From Entomortierella parvispora E1425 (lineage: Eukaryota; Fungi; Mortierellomycota): 64,000 nucleotides of DNA. The notes beneath the pieces are model-generated. The model saw nothing but the letters and a program-made list of their open reading frames with translations. It was not told the origin of the DNA and did no database searches. Location of the stretch: NCBI GenBank assembly GCA_020891255.1, contig BQFW01000007.1, positions 2,852,001 to 2,916,000 on the forward strand, given 5' to 3'. The position numbers were made by a program, and so were the translations under genes. Shown here piece by piece: positions 45,718 through 58,222 of the stretch; position 1 is the first letter of the stretch, and each line of letters starts with the position of its first letter.

Positions 45718-48180
45718 ATGGACTCATGGACTCATGGACGGACCATGGACTACTACGACAACCACGGCAATGAGGAAGAGGCCTACAACGACTATGAAGA
45801 AGGCCTGGCCGCTCTAGACCATCTCGTCGCTGAGGGTCATTTCCGGGGTCCTGTGGGTCTCGTCTACAATGGAGGTGTAGGTGTTATCCTTTCCCAGGGC
45901 TCGAATGAACATGAATCGGACCAACATGACGATTCAGACGAACATGACAACGAAGGGGACGGATCAGTGCATGGCGGTGAACAGGCGGAGCCAGCGCGTG
46001 AGGACGAACGACAGGGCACACCCTCTCAGGACCCCGACTTCCAGAGCCAGGTCGACGTGGTCGTGCTTCCAAAACAGCAGGGCCGTAACTCTGTACCAGA
46101 GCCGCGGCCGAAAAATGTAGAAACCGAAGAGTCAACATGCCCAATCTGCTTTGAAGCGTGGACAAACAGCGGTCCCCATCGAATGGCCTCCCTCAAATGT
46201 GGTCACCTCTATGGGGAGAGTTGTATTTTCAAGTGGATAGCGCAACGCGGTCAACAAGGAGGAAAATTCAAATGTCCAGAGTGCAACTATTTGAGCTCTC
46301 GCAAGGATATACGTCGGATCTGGAGCAGGAGTGTTGTGGCTATAGACACGACTGAAAAAGACGAGGCGGTGGCCCGCGCTAGAAAGGAGCAGGATGCACG
46401 CATACGTTTGGAGCTAGAGCTCAAGCAGTCTCGCATGGCCCACGAGATGTTAAAGTCTGAAGCGATCAAGTTGCAGCAAAAGCACGACCACCAGAGGGCT
46501 TTGAAAAGAAAGTAAGGATTTTGTTGGACGACATTCGCTCAATGCAGATTCCACGTTGGGTTCCTGATGCTGGGCGTTGACACTTTTTTTTTTTTTTTTG
46601 TAGATACCGTGCCCAGGTCAAACAACTTCAGTTTGCAAATCCAAACATGCATATACAACGCCAGTTTGTATTCAGGGCAACCAGGGTGATATTGCTCTCG
46701 GACAAAGTACCTATCATTCAAAGGCAGCATCGACCTACGAATCTTTATAGTGCGTGCTGACAACTCTTTTTTGTCAATTAGAATACTGACGCTCAGGATC
46801 CCCGCTACCTCTCATATCGCCCAAATGAACAGATGCTTATTTACAGTCAACAACGGCACAGCATGCATGGGATCGCACGAATCTTTATGGCAGACGGTGT
46901 TTATGATCCGCATTCGTTTATACCCCTACACGCCCAACCTATCAAAGATGTACAGTGCTTTAATGGCGAGCCCTCCTGCAACAGGTCTTTGATTCTAACT
47001 GCCAGCATGGACAAAACTCTCAAAGTGACATCTTGGACCACGCGCCAGGTTGTCGTATCGTAAGTAACATGTCGTTTGCAATGTCAGCGTATGAGTGGTG
47101 ATTTCGAATAATAAACTGATTGCTTTTCATTAGCTACAAACTGGATGTTCCTGTATGGTCGTGTTGTTGGTCCACCTCAAATCCTTATACCATGTATTGC
47201 TCTATCAAAGGCCCACAAACAGGCATCGCCACGCTCGATCTCCGCAACCCCAATACCCCCGTGTCCATGTTTCAACAACCAAGCTCTTTGGGACACTCTC
47301 CGATCCACTCCATGGCTTTTATAGGACCCCATGCAAATCAAAATAGGGAGGGCGTTCTTTGCGGGAACTTGGAAGGAGCATTCATATACAACTTGGGGAG
47401 CGATCAAGAGTCCATTAGTGCAAGTCAGGAGGCGACCATCGGAATTACCCAACCCTCTTCGAGCAGCGTAGGCGACCAAATGCACAAACCACTGCGCTTT
47501 CCGGGCGGAAGCTGCACCTCGGTTTCCTTTGACGAAGATTCACGCCAATGGATGGCCTCTTACAAATTTTTAGGTAAAGAGTATACTCAACATAGCCGAG
47601 GAATACTGAGCATAGACCAAGGTAGCGAGCAGTACAATCTCGTTAGCCAGCAACAAGTGTCGGGTGGACCGCCGGTGAAAGGTATGGCTAGGACGAGCGT
47701 GTTCAGTCATCAAGATGGATCCATCAAAATGGCAGCTGGTTCAGAAGGATCGGTAAGTTGACGATAGCACTTTATTTTTGTCATCTCTCCAACATGTTTC
47801 CGATTGATTAACGTTCCCTTCTGTCTACGCAGGTGTTTGTGTGGCAGGAAGAAACCAGTTCGCGGCGAAAGAGTATAGGGAGTGCCTTGGAGCGTCTCCC
47901 GCTTCAATCGGTCAATGGATATAGTCAGGTTAAAGGTTCTGTAAGAGATATCAAGTATGTCTCTGTTGGTCACGACGAGTATCTGGCTGCTTTGACTGAG
48001 AAGGAGGTCCAACTTTTTCGTTGGTCTGAGCTCGAATTGGACTCTGTTCAAGATGTATCCGAGGAAAGCGACGACAATGATCCAGGCGGCGGGGTGTCTA
48101 ATGAAGGTATACCTGCCAAGAGGAGGCTCGAGTCTGAGGATGGACCGCACCCTCCTCAATTGATCAGCCCTCCGCTTTGA
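45718..48180 (+). CDS. RFWD3: RING-WD40 E3 ubiquitin ligase, RFWD3-like
   Basis: RING motif CPICFEAWTNSGPHRMASLKCGHLYGESCIFKW...CPEC, then a coiled coil and WD40 exons (IPLHAQPIKD, VWSCCW, GHSPIHSM). Confidence 0.88.
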
Positions 48181-48962
48181 ACAGGCTGACGATCTGGCAG
48201 AGCCGAGCGGGGAGATTCGGCGACTTCCAGTGGCCTGGTCACAAACAAATGAATATCTCCAACAGATAGATAGGCTTTGTGGGGGGGAAAGGAGGCAATA
48301 GCACATTGACCATGGCCTTTGTGCCATTTGTTTCCAGCTCTGGTTCAGTTGCCGCTTATCAGTGACCGAGAAGGAAAACACGTTCATCTCATGTAGACCA
48401 TCCAGCGAAACAAATAAAAAAAAAATCTGGATTTTAGGTTTGTCGCCTCGTTATCTTTGACCTTGATCTGTGGGGGAGAAAGGGCGATGGATGGACCAAG
48501 AAAGAAAGAAAGAAGGGTAGCAGAAACATCAAGTCCGAGTCCGAGTCCGAGTCGACCCCAGCCAGTCAGTCAGCCCGCCAGACACCGCCAGACAGGCAGT
48601 CAAACAGCCAGGAACCAGTGCCAGGACCAGCCGCCGATGGCTGCCCAGTGGACGCCTTGATGAGGGTGAGACCAACCGACTGACCGACACCGTTCCGTTC
48701 CTTGACTACTTCCTTGCCCAAGGATGTGGTTGAAGAAGCATCCAAAGACAAGCGGACTGACAGAAAGAACAATGGAAAGGACGGATAGACTGAAGAGATT
48801 GCATCACCATGATATGAAATCGCAAAAAAATCGCAGCGAGCGAAAGTCCTTAAATAGAAAGGCTTCTTTTCATTTTTTCCCTTCTTTTTGACATTCTCCT
48901 CTGCTCATCCTCTCTGCTCCTCATCCTTCTTCTTTCCCTCATTCCATCCACCCATCCCAACC

Positions 48963-50762
48963 ATGGCCGCCCTTACCCCCACCACCGAACACCAGCCTCA
49001 CCATCCCCACACGCTCTCCACTCTGGCAAGTATCTTGATCGCCAGATTCTCACGCTTTCTTTTGGGTGTAACCCACAAGTCTCACGGTATTCTAACCCTC
49101 CTTCTCGTTGCGATTGCGTTGCCCCACAGGACTTTCAAGGTGCCAGCAGTGCTGCTGCCGCCAACGCCATGCGTACTGAGCTCAACCGCTTGATCTCGCA
49201 GGTCAAGGACGAGAACGAGCGCAAGGTGAGTGGCCAGCAATTTCATTCCTGTTCATCTGCTTTTTTTCAAGGAACCATACTCACCTGCCATTTTCGTGTT
49301 GTGCTCAACGTCATGACATAGCTTTTCCAAAACGAAATGGGCAACTTCTTCTTGCTCTTTAACCGCTGGTTGGCCGAGAAGAGCAAGGGCACAAAGATTA
49401 ACTGGGACAAGGTCAACTCGCCCCCAGAGGATCAGATCGTCCCTTACGACAACATTCCCAAGGTTGAGAACAGCCCTCATCTGAACAAGCTTGCAGTCCT
49501 CAAACTCAACGGAGGACTCGGAACCACCATGGGATGCGTCGGACCCAAGAGTGCCATTGAGGTTCGCGACGGTATGACTTTCCTGGACCTTTCTGTCCGT
49601 CAGATCGAGGTAAGAACGACAGGTGGAAAGGTGTTCTTTTTGGACTGTGCCTTGCAATTTGGATGACTGACCCTCGTTGCTGTGTCTGTCCAAATAGTAC
49701 CTTAACAAGGCCAAGAACGTGAACGTTCCTTTCATTCTTATGAACTCCTTCAACACTGACGATGAGACCAAGCGTATTGTTCAAAAGTATGCCACCCACA
49801 ACATCGAGATCCTCACCTTCAACCAGTCCAGATACCCCCGCATCAACAAGGACTCTCTCTTGCCCACTCCCCGCAACCCTAATGGCGACATTGCCGACTG
49901 GTACCCACCTGGTCACGGAGACTTGTTTGACTCACTTCACAACTCTGGTCTCTTGGACCAACTGATTGCTGATGGCAAGGAGTACGTCTTTGTCTCCAAC
50001 GTCGACAACTTGGGAGCCACCGTTGATGAGGGCATCTTGAACCATATGGTCGAGTCTGGCGCTGAGTTCTTGATGGAGGTTACTGACAAGACCCGCGCTG
50101 ATATCAAGGGTGGTACCCTCATTGACTACGAGGGATCTATCCGTCTTCTCGAAATTGCTCAGGTTCCTTCTGAGCACGTCGAGGACTTCAAGAGTATCAA
50201 GAAGTTCAAGATCTTCAACACCAACAACCTGTGGGTCAACTTGAAGGCTATTAAGCGTGTCGTCGAGGATCGTGAGCTCAGCTTGGAGGTTATTGTCAAC
50301 AACAAGACAACAGATTCTGGCGAGAAGGTCATCCAGCTTGAGACTGCTGTCGGTGCTGGTATCAAGCACTTCCATAACGCCCACGGTGTCAACGTTCCCC
50401 GCAACCGCTTCTTGCCCGTCAAGTCGACCTCGGATCTCTTCTTGGTTACATCCGATTTGTACTCATTGACTCATGGCGAGCTTTCTGTCAACCCCAAGCG
50501 CATGTTCAACACTGTTCCTCTGGTCAAGCTTGGTGACCACTTCAAGAAGGTCAACAACTTTTTGGCACGGTTTAAGAACCCTCCTCACATCCTTGAGTTG
50601 GATCATTTGACCGTGACGGGCGATGTGTCGTTTGGATCTGATGTTGTGTTGAAGGGTACAGTGATCATTGTCGCCAACGCTGGCTCTCATATTGACATTC
50701 CTTCCGGCAGTGTGTTGGAGAACAAGGTTGTATCGGGCAACCTCCACATCCTCGACCATTAA
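48963..50762 (+). CDS. UGP1: UTP-glucose-1-phosphate uridylyltransferase
   Basis: [18 protein letters not shown]; WYPPGHGD; SNVDNLGA; QLETAVGA; RFLPVK. The first intron is GC-AG (49026-49129). Confidence 0.97.
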
Positions 50763-51076
50763 AACAGTTGTAGTAGCATTTCTTTTCCAGCATCATCCAT
50801 ACCAACAATAAAAACCGAAACAAAATACATCCAATACCATCTGCGTTGTACAACACCTGTGGAAGATCTCTCTCTGGAATGATTAATGAGCTGGCTGCAC
50901 CTCTCCAGTTCCCGACCGCTCCTCGACCACTGATTGGATCCCGCGGTGAAGAGGCACCAGAAGGATTCCCAGCTGAGCAATGTGCAAACCAAAAAATGTT
51001 TATTTGCGATAACCTCGTTGTCCCTTTCATCTCTTCATCCCTCATCTGATTCTCTCCTCTCCATCATCTTTCCAGA

Positions 51077-51607
51077 ATGCCACGTTCAACCTTTGTGCAG
51101 CAAGACTTTTTCCTTGGCGTCCTTGCCGTCTATAGCGCAACAGTCGCGTTCGGCCGCTGGTTTCCTGACACGGATCTGATTGCCGTCGATGCTCACCCCG
51201 CCTCCTATGCCACGACGTTCAAGAACTCGTCCGAGTCGGCCCTGCAGCTCTACGCTGCCTCTCTTGTGATCGACATTATCCGCGTTCTGGCTCTGTCCGT
51301 TTTGGAGTCTACCGCCTTCTCGTTTGCATTCGCCGAGGACAAGTTCGAGCCATTCTCGTACGCGTTCATGGCCTTCTCGATGATCATGGTTACCAAGGAT
51401 CTGTTGGTGCTTGGAATGATGTGGGCTTTGCCCGACGTTCACATCCAGGCAGCAGAGAAGGTCGCAGAGCTGATGCCAATCTCGGTCATGATGGAGCAAG
51501 GTCTTATTCTTGCTGGAGCCCTCTCATTGGCCTTTGGTCTTTACCAGTGGACGTTCGCCATTGGAAGAGACAAGCGCCAGGTCATTGAGAAGGAGAAGAC
51601 CAACTAA
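51077..51607 (+). CDS. Hypothetical multi-pass membrane protein (176 aa, intronless)
   Basis: Clean ATG-TAA ORF with coding-like codon bias and about 4-5 hydrophobic segments. No family recognised. Confidence 0.7.
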   Translation: MPRSTFVQQDFFLGVLAVYSATVAFGRWFPDTDLIAVDAHPASYATTFKNSSESALQLYAASLVIDIIRVLALSVLESTAFSFAFAEDKFEPFSYAFMAFSMIMVTKDLLVLGMMWALPDVHIQAAEKVAELMPISVMMEQGLILAGALSLAFGLYQWTFAIGRDKRQVIEKEKTN

Positions 51608-53267
51608 AGAGTCGCCGCCGACTCGTTCACTCTTTCCTGTTGTTGATCCCTGCTCGATTGATTCCATTGCTCTTTTGTTCATTTTATTTTCCATTTTTTT
51701 TTTGCTTCTTCAACCTCTTCTTTGCCTCCCAAAAAACCTGCATTGCCTTTGTATCATAGAACCTCTTGTCTTGTACCATAACATAACATCGGTTGAAAAA
51801 TAAAAAAGCTTTACATATCATCTCCCCAGCCCTGCGTCCCAATTGGAACCAGATGTTGTTTTTTCTTCCCAGCAGAGGACGAACAGCAGCAGGGACAAAA
51901 AAAAAAAAAAAAAAATCTAAGCCACAGGACCCCTCGGAATTCGGGGCAACCTTTTTTTTTGTTGCTGGCAATGGTCGCAACGTTGCTTTCTCAGCTTCTT
52001 GCTTCATCCTTTCATCGTCCTAGAACCAACCATCAATGCGGGTATCGACGACCAGGTTTTCGGTAACGCGGCCGATTATTACTGCCGTTACTCCACCTGC
52101 AATTCGCTCGGGTGAGCCACTCTCGATCTATGTTCATTGGCCTTATTGCACCAGCAAATGCACATATTGCAATTTTAACAAGTATGTTGACCCAAGAGTC
52201 GACCACGATGGTATGGAGCGTGCTATGGTTCGAGAGTTGGAGACAGAGCTGAAGTGTTGGGGTCTAGATCAACTAGATTGGCGACGCCCTGTGCGATCAG
52301 TTTACTTTGGTGGCGGAACGCCAAGTCTAGCAAGGGTAGTGTATATGAAGAGAAGCGATGTGCGTTTGATCCTTTGCTCGTTGGGGATCTGATCCGTTTG
52401 TTAATCCTCCTTACCGCCCCTAGCCAAGCATGTTTAGATCTGTATTAGAGACCCTTGACCGTTACTGCCGTATCGATAGCAGCACAGAGATCTCCATGGA
52501 GGTTCGACTATGTGATGAATGATATATGTTTGCACTCACGCACAGCCATGTAGCTACATGGAACTGACCAAGAATGGGTTTATTTCTATTGAAATGACGC
52601 TAGGGCAACCCTTCTGTATGTGATAAGTTCATTCCAGAGAATATCTATTGGAATATTCTGCGTTTGCTTTGCTGATAAACGTCTACAGTCTACTTTGTCT
52701 ATCGATGCCCTGAAGACTCTGCGCAGCATAGGTATAAACCGATATAGTCTAGGTATACAGACGTTTAACGACCAGACACTCAAGACGCTTGGTAGAGATC
52801 ACTCTGCGAACACAGCCCTGAGATCGCTTCTGGATGCCAAAGCCATTTGGCCAGGGCATGTATCCATGGATTTAATTATGGGACATGAAGGTCAAACTCT
52901 CAAAAACTGGACCGATGAACTGAGCTTTGCGATGGATGTGGTGGATGACCATCTCAGCCTGTATCACTTGACGGTGGAGCCTGGTACAGCGTATGAACTT
53001 TGCGGTTCCTGAGAATTTGGTGCAGTGCTTGAGAGGGTTAGACTAAAACGACTGCCCCGGTTCATGACATCATGCTCTAGGCTGTTCAAGCAAGTGAATG
53101 CTGGATCAATTGCTCTCCCTGGATCAGATGTGACCACTGAGATGTACGAAACCACGATTGAGGTAACCCCACAACGCTCAATGGCTCAAAGTTTGGACTG
53201 TATTCAGATGAAAAGGTTCACTCAGCATTCAATTTGCTCGTCTAGATTACGAGTAAAGCAGGATTCG

Positions 53268-53378
53268 TGTAACAGGAATACGGTGACATCACGCGATGTG
53301 TACCTACAAAAGCTAGAAACTTGCAATATAATAAAACTCACTTCTTGTCTCCACTCCACCCTCGATACTCCTATTGCA
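53268..53378 (+). repeat. 5' LTR (111 bp)
   Basis: TGTAACA...TATTGCA, identical to 58223-58333 by eye. Confidence 0.96.
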
Positions 53379-53409
53379 TGGTAGCAAAGGTTTTCGATCC
53401 ACTGACCTC
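53379..53409 (+). other. Primer-binding site for tRNA-iMet with an extra TpsiC-arm-complementary block
   Basis: TGGTAGCAAAG immediately follows the LTR. TTTCGATCCACTGACCTC (53392-53409) is the reverse complement of GAGGTCAGTGGATCGAAA, which contains the initiator-specific ATCGAAA T-loop. Confidence 0.8.
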
Positions 53410-53496
53410 ACTGACCCACTGACCCTCCGACACACTTACACCCTGGACCCCCTCGTATCCCTCTTCGATCAACTCTCCCTCGACAATTCACCCAAC

Positions 53497-54416
53497 ATGG
53501 ACCCCGCGACACCGTCATTCAAATTCCCTCATCCAACACCGTTCAACGGCAAGCGCGACGGATTCTCTGTTCTCGGTTTTCTGAAACGCATGACCTTTTC
53601 TTCGATGGCGCTGGAATTGCCGAATCTCGCAAGGTCGGGGTTACCCTTGCCTTTGCCGGCGATGAGGTTATCGGCTGGTGGGCACTCTTAAACAAGCCAT
53701 CCGACACCTCATTCCCGGATTTCAGCGAGCTCCTTGCCACCGAGTTCAGTCCTGCGAAGTTTAAGGAGCACATTCTCGCCCTCACAATGCAAATGAAAAT
53801 GACACTACCATTGAACATCTCCAACGTCATGGCCTATATTACCAAAGCCCGTGAATACCACCTGCTCCTCCAGTCTTACTACGCCGACAACGCAGTTCTC
53901 AACGATACTATCCGTACTGCCTTTCTCAGTGGTGCACCTACTCAGCTTCGCCAGATGCTGGAAGTGGCCATTGTTAATGCAGGCAACGACACCATAGATC
54001 TGCCCAGACTCTTCAAGGCCGCGGAGGAGTTCGGTCGTATCTTCCACACTGGAGACCCATCACTCGGTGCCAAAGCACTGGCTGCCTCGGGATCCTCTGC
54101 TGGTATCACCGACCCCAACGCAATGGAAGTGGACAATATTCATATCCAACTCAACAATATCCATAAGCAACTCGGCACCCTTCACCGCTCCTTACAGAAC
54201 CGCCCCACCAACGGTACTAACAACCCTTCTCGAGATCGCCCCGCACCCCTGACCGCCGCCGACCGAGAGTACCTTGTACGTAACGGTGGCTGCTTCCGCT
54301 GCCGCGAATTGGGTCACATCAGTCCCAATTGCCCTAAGTACGGCAACGGCAGCCGAGGAATTAATCAAGTAACCGCGGGTGAATCCCCTGATTCGGGAAA
54401 AGCCTCCGGCAACTAG
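53497..54416 (+). CDS. gag: Retrotransposon Gag with CCHC zinc knuckle (one apparent 1-nt indel near 53597)
   Basis: PTPFNGKRDG..., then after a frame change FFDGAG..WW; CFRCRELGHISPNC; TAG at 54414-54416. Confidence 0.85.
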
Positions 54417-54440
54417 GGTCGGTCCGGACCCCAGTTGTCG
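54395..54440 (+). other. -1 programmed ribosomal frameshift signal (G GGA AAA plus hairpin)
   Basis: Slippery heptamer GGGAAAA at 54395-54401 in the gag frame, 5-nt spacer, hairpin at 54407-54440 (CGGCAACT/AGTTGTCG plus GGGTC/GACCC). The pol frame is -1 and open from 54392. Confidence 0.85.
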
Positions 54441-57400
54441 AAACTGTAGCCAACAACCCTGAGCTAAGTACCTCAAATAAAACTTCACTTGATTCTACAC
54501 CTCAGAAACATGACTCCAATCATGACAAGCGAACTCACATCCACGATGCTCTGGTTGTTCTATCGGACCGAAACCAAAACCAAACCAAAAAACCTGTTGC
54601 CTCGCCCGCTCCAGTTGCCCTGTCCGCTCCTCTACCTAGATCCTCCGATACAGATGAACCGGACCCTCTCGCTGTACCGCCGGCACCTAGTGTACCTCTG
54701 TCCAAAAGTCAGTTGAAGAAGTTGAAGCGTCGTGCGATTCGCCTACACGAATTCACTGTCCAAAAGGCAGAGAGCCAACTGCTCACTTTCATCGGTTCTG
54801 TCAATGGCCACGCTGCCAGAATCCTGATTGATGGTGGTGCAGAAGGTAATATTATCAGTTCGTCTTTTCAAAAGCGACACCAGCTCCTCCGCACTGAATG
54901 CTTGCCCATCCCCATCCTCCTCCCCAATGGCTCTTCCTCCCTCACATCACACACCGTCCCCATCACCCTCAACCGCAGCGACTACTCCGATTCGCTCAAC
55001 CCTATTCTCTATCCTCTCAACAAATACGACCTCATCCTTGGCAAACCCTGGCTCACCAAAGTTAACCCTTGCATCAATTGGCGCACCAACGATCTTCATT
55101 TCACTCACAATGGAATCGATGTCAAATGGAGCTGCCGCGGCTTCAAGGCCGATCACATCCAAAGCCGCACCAAAGGACTCCTCCTCACACACATGCACTT
55201 TCATTCCATGGCAACCCTGCCCGGCTCGGAGGTGTTCCTGGCCCTTATTCGCAACACCCCAGAGCCCTCTGAAGAAACTGACCAACCGCGTACAATTCCC
55301 GATATGACCCCCAGAGGTGCGGTCCATTGTCATGGAAGAGTTCGCTGATGTCTTTCCGGAGAAACTCCCGGACGGCCTGCCCCCAGACCGTGGTGATGCT
55401 ATGAAGATCGAGACCGACCCGACAGCCGACCCACCCTTCCGCCCTGTCATTAGACTTTCAATCGCCGAGCTTGACGAACTTCGCAAACAACTGGACCAAT
55501 TGCTAGCAGCAGGTTTTATCAAACCCAGTACCTCTCCCTATGGCGCCCCCGTGCTCTTTGTGCGGAAGAAGGACGGCACACTCCGAATGTGCGTCGACTA
55601 CCGTGGCCTCAACAAGATCACCAGGAAGAACAGACACCCGCTGCCCCGTATCGACGAGCTACTTGACCGCTTCCGTGGAGCACGCTATTACTCCAAGTTG
55701 GACTTGTTATCCGGTTATCATCAGCAGCGTATCTTTGAACCACACACACACAAGACTGCCTTCCGTTGTCGCTATGGTCACTTTGAGTTCAATGTTGTTC
55801 CCTTTGGCCTTACTAACGCTCCTGCTTCGTTCTCCAATATGATGTTGCGAGTGCTCGATCCAGTCTTGGACAAATGGGTTGTCGTGTATCTCGACGATCT
55901 GTTGATCTACTCCAAGACAAAGAAAGAACACCTGCAGCATCTCCGAAGCGTCCTGGCTCTCCTCCGCAAGAACGGTCTGTACGCGAAATTGAGCAAGTGC
56001 TCCTTCATGCAAGACGAAACTGAATTTTTGGGCCACACCATCACGAAGGACGGGATCAAAACATCGGCCGGGCTCAGCAAAGCCATCAGTGACTGGCCCA
56101 CCCCCAAGAGCACAAAGGACGTCCAGCAATTTTTGGGGCTTGCGCAATTTTATCAACAGTACGTATCGGGCTTTGCAGGGATTGCCCTCCCTCTCTCTTC
56201 CCTCCTCGCCAACAACACTCCCTTCAAATGGACCGACGAACAACAATCTGCATTCCTTCAGCTCAAACGCGCCATCTGCTCCGCCCCCGTCCTCCGCATC
56301 TTCGACCCTGATCTCTCACCTTTGTCGAAACAGATGCATCCGGTTTCGCCATCGGTGCAGTGCTGCTGCAGACTGACCGGGAAGGGAATACCCATCCCAT
56401 CGCATTCACTTCCAGGAAAAATGCAGTCAGCTGAGCGGAACTACCCTGTCCATGAGCAGGAACTGTTGGCTGTCATCCATGCGCTCCGCACTTGGCGCTA
56501 CTACCTCGATGGAACCAAGTTCAGCGTCCACACCGACCACGCCACCCTCCGCCACTTCCCCACACAGCCCAAACTCACTCGTCGACAGGCTCGCTGGATG
56601 GAGTTGCTTCAGGAATACGACTTTGACTTCAAGTACAAGCGAGGAGTTGACAACATCGTCCCAGACGCTCTCTCCCGACGACCGGACTACCGCGAGCCTG
56701 ACCCTGTTGAGCTATACAACCTCAGCGTCTCCCTGTCCCCGGACGTCCGTGACCAGCTTGTCCAGGACTACAACGACGATCCTCGACTTGGACCCATCTA
56801 CAAGGATTGCCTGGATGGGAAGGTTGCCAATGGATATTCATTCCAGAACAACCTCCTCTACTTTACCCGACGTGGAGCAACCACCCTGGCCATCCCTCGG
56901 CACTCCCCGATCCGCCTCACTCTCTTGCACGACGCTCACGACTCTGCCACTGCTGGACACTTTGGTTTTCAAAAGACTTACGACAACCTGCGCCGTTTCG
57001 TATATTGGCCCCACATCGCCAAGGATACCCAGCAGTATGTAGCAACCTGCGAGAAGTGTCAAAGGAACAAGGACTCACAGGATCGACCAGCTGGACTCTT
57101 GCAACCGCTACCCATTCCTTCGCAACGTTGGGAGGTAGTCACCATGGACTTCATCGGCCCTCTTCCGCCCACAGCTAGAAATTTTGACGCCATCACAGTG
57201 TTTGTCGACAAGCTGACCAAGCAAGCTCACTTCGTCCCCAGTACTACCTCTGCCACAGCCGTCGACGTCGCCCACCAGTTTTTTGACAACATCTTTAAGC
57301 TGCATGGCACACCAACATCCATCATCTCGGACCGCGACACTCGATTCACTAGTAGATTCTGGCAAGAGTTGCACAGGCTAATGGATGTCAAACTTGCACT

Positions 57401-58212
57401 GTCAACCGCCTACCACCCACAGACGGATGGGCAGACAGAGGTTATGAACAAGACGCTGAAGACTATGTTGAGAGCGTTTATTGACAACAAGCAGTCTAAC
57501 TGGGACCAGCTCCTTCCGTCACTGGAATTCGCCTATAACAACGCTGTCAATGCATCCACGGGATACTCGCCGTTCTTCCTCAACTCTGGCCAGCACCCTC
57601 GTCTCCCCCACCGCTCTCCTCGGTAAACCCAGCAGCTCAGTCCCCACTGTCGATACCTTCCTGACTGAGCAGGCGACCACCCTTGCCCTGGCCCAGGATG
57701 CTCTGCAGCGTGCTCAGGATCATCAGGAGCAACAGGCAAACAAGCGACGACGGGATCACAAGTACAAGGTTGGCGATAAGGTCCTGCTGCGTGCCACCAA
57801 TATCACCATCCCTGCCGACAGTATCAGACCAGCCGATAAACTTCGACCTCAATTCCTTGGCCCGTTCACACTTTTGGAGCAACACTCACCTGTCACCTTC
57901 CGCGTCGAGCTGCCACCATTCTACAAAATCCATGACGTCTTCCACGTTGATACCTTTCGACCCTATTTGCCGTCCCCGGAGTCACTCGGCATTCGAGCTC
58001 CTGCCCCCGTGGATCCCACTGTAATTGACGGCGAAGAGGAGTATGAAGTGGACGAAATTTTAAAGTACCGCTTCTACCGCAGACAACACCAGTTCCTAGT
58101 GTCATTCAAAGGCTACGGCAGAGAAGCTGACGAATGGCTCCCAGTAAGCAACTTGGACAACTGCATGGACTTGGTCACAACCTTCAAAGAGCAGCACGGT
58201 ATCATTTTTTAA
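54395..58212 (+). CDS. pol: Retrotransposon Pol: protease, RT, RNase H, integrase, chromodomain (four apparent 1-nt indels)
   Basis: ILIDGGA; YLDD; TDASGFAIGAVL (frame-shifted segment); HDAH..GHFG..CEKC; TMDF..D..E; YEVDEIL..FLVSFKGY..EWLP. Confidence 0.9.
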
Positions 58213-58222
58213 AAGGGGAAGG
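58211..58222 (+). other. Polypurine tract
   Basis: AAAAGGGGAAGG directly precedes the 3' LTR and overlaps the pol stop. Confidence 0.9.

Noticed and set aside
53590-53600. Frame break within gag as a second programmed frameshift
   Set aside because: No slippery heptamer or stimulatory structure; a homopolymer indel is more parsimonious.
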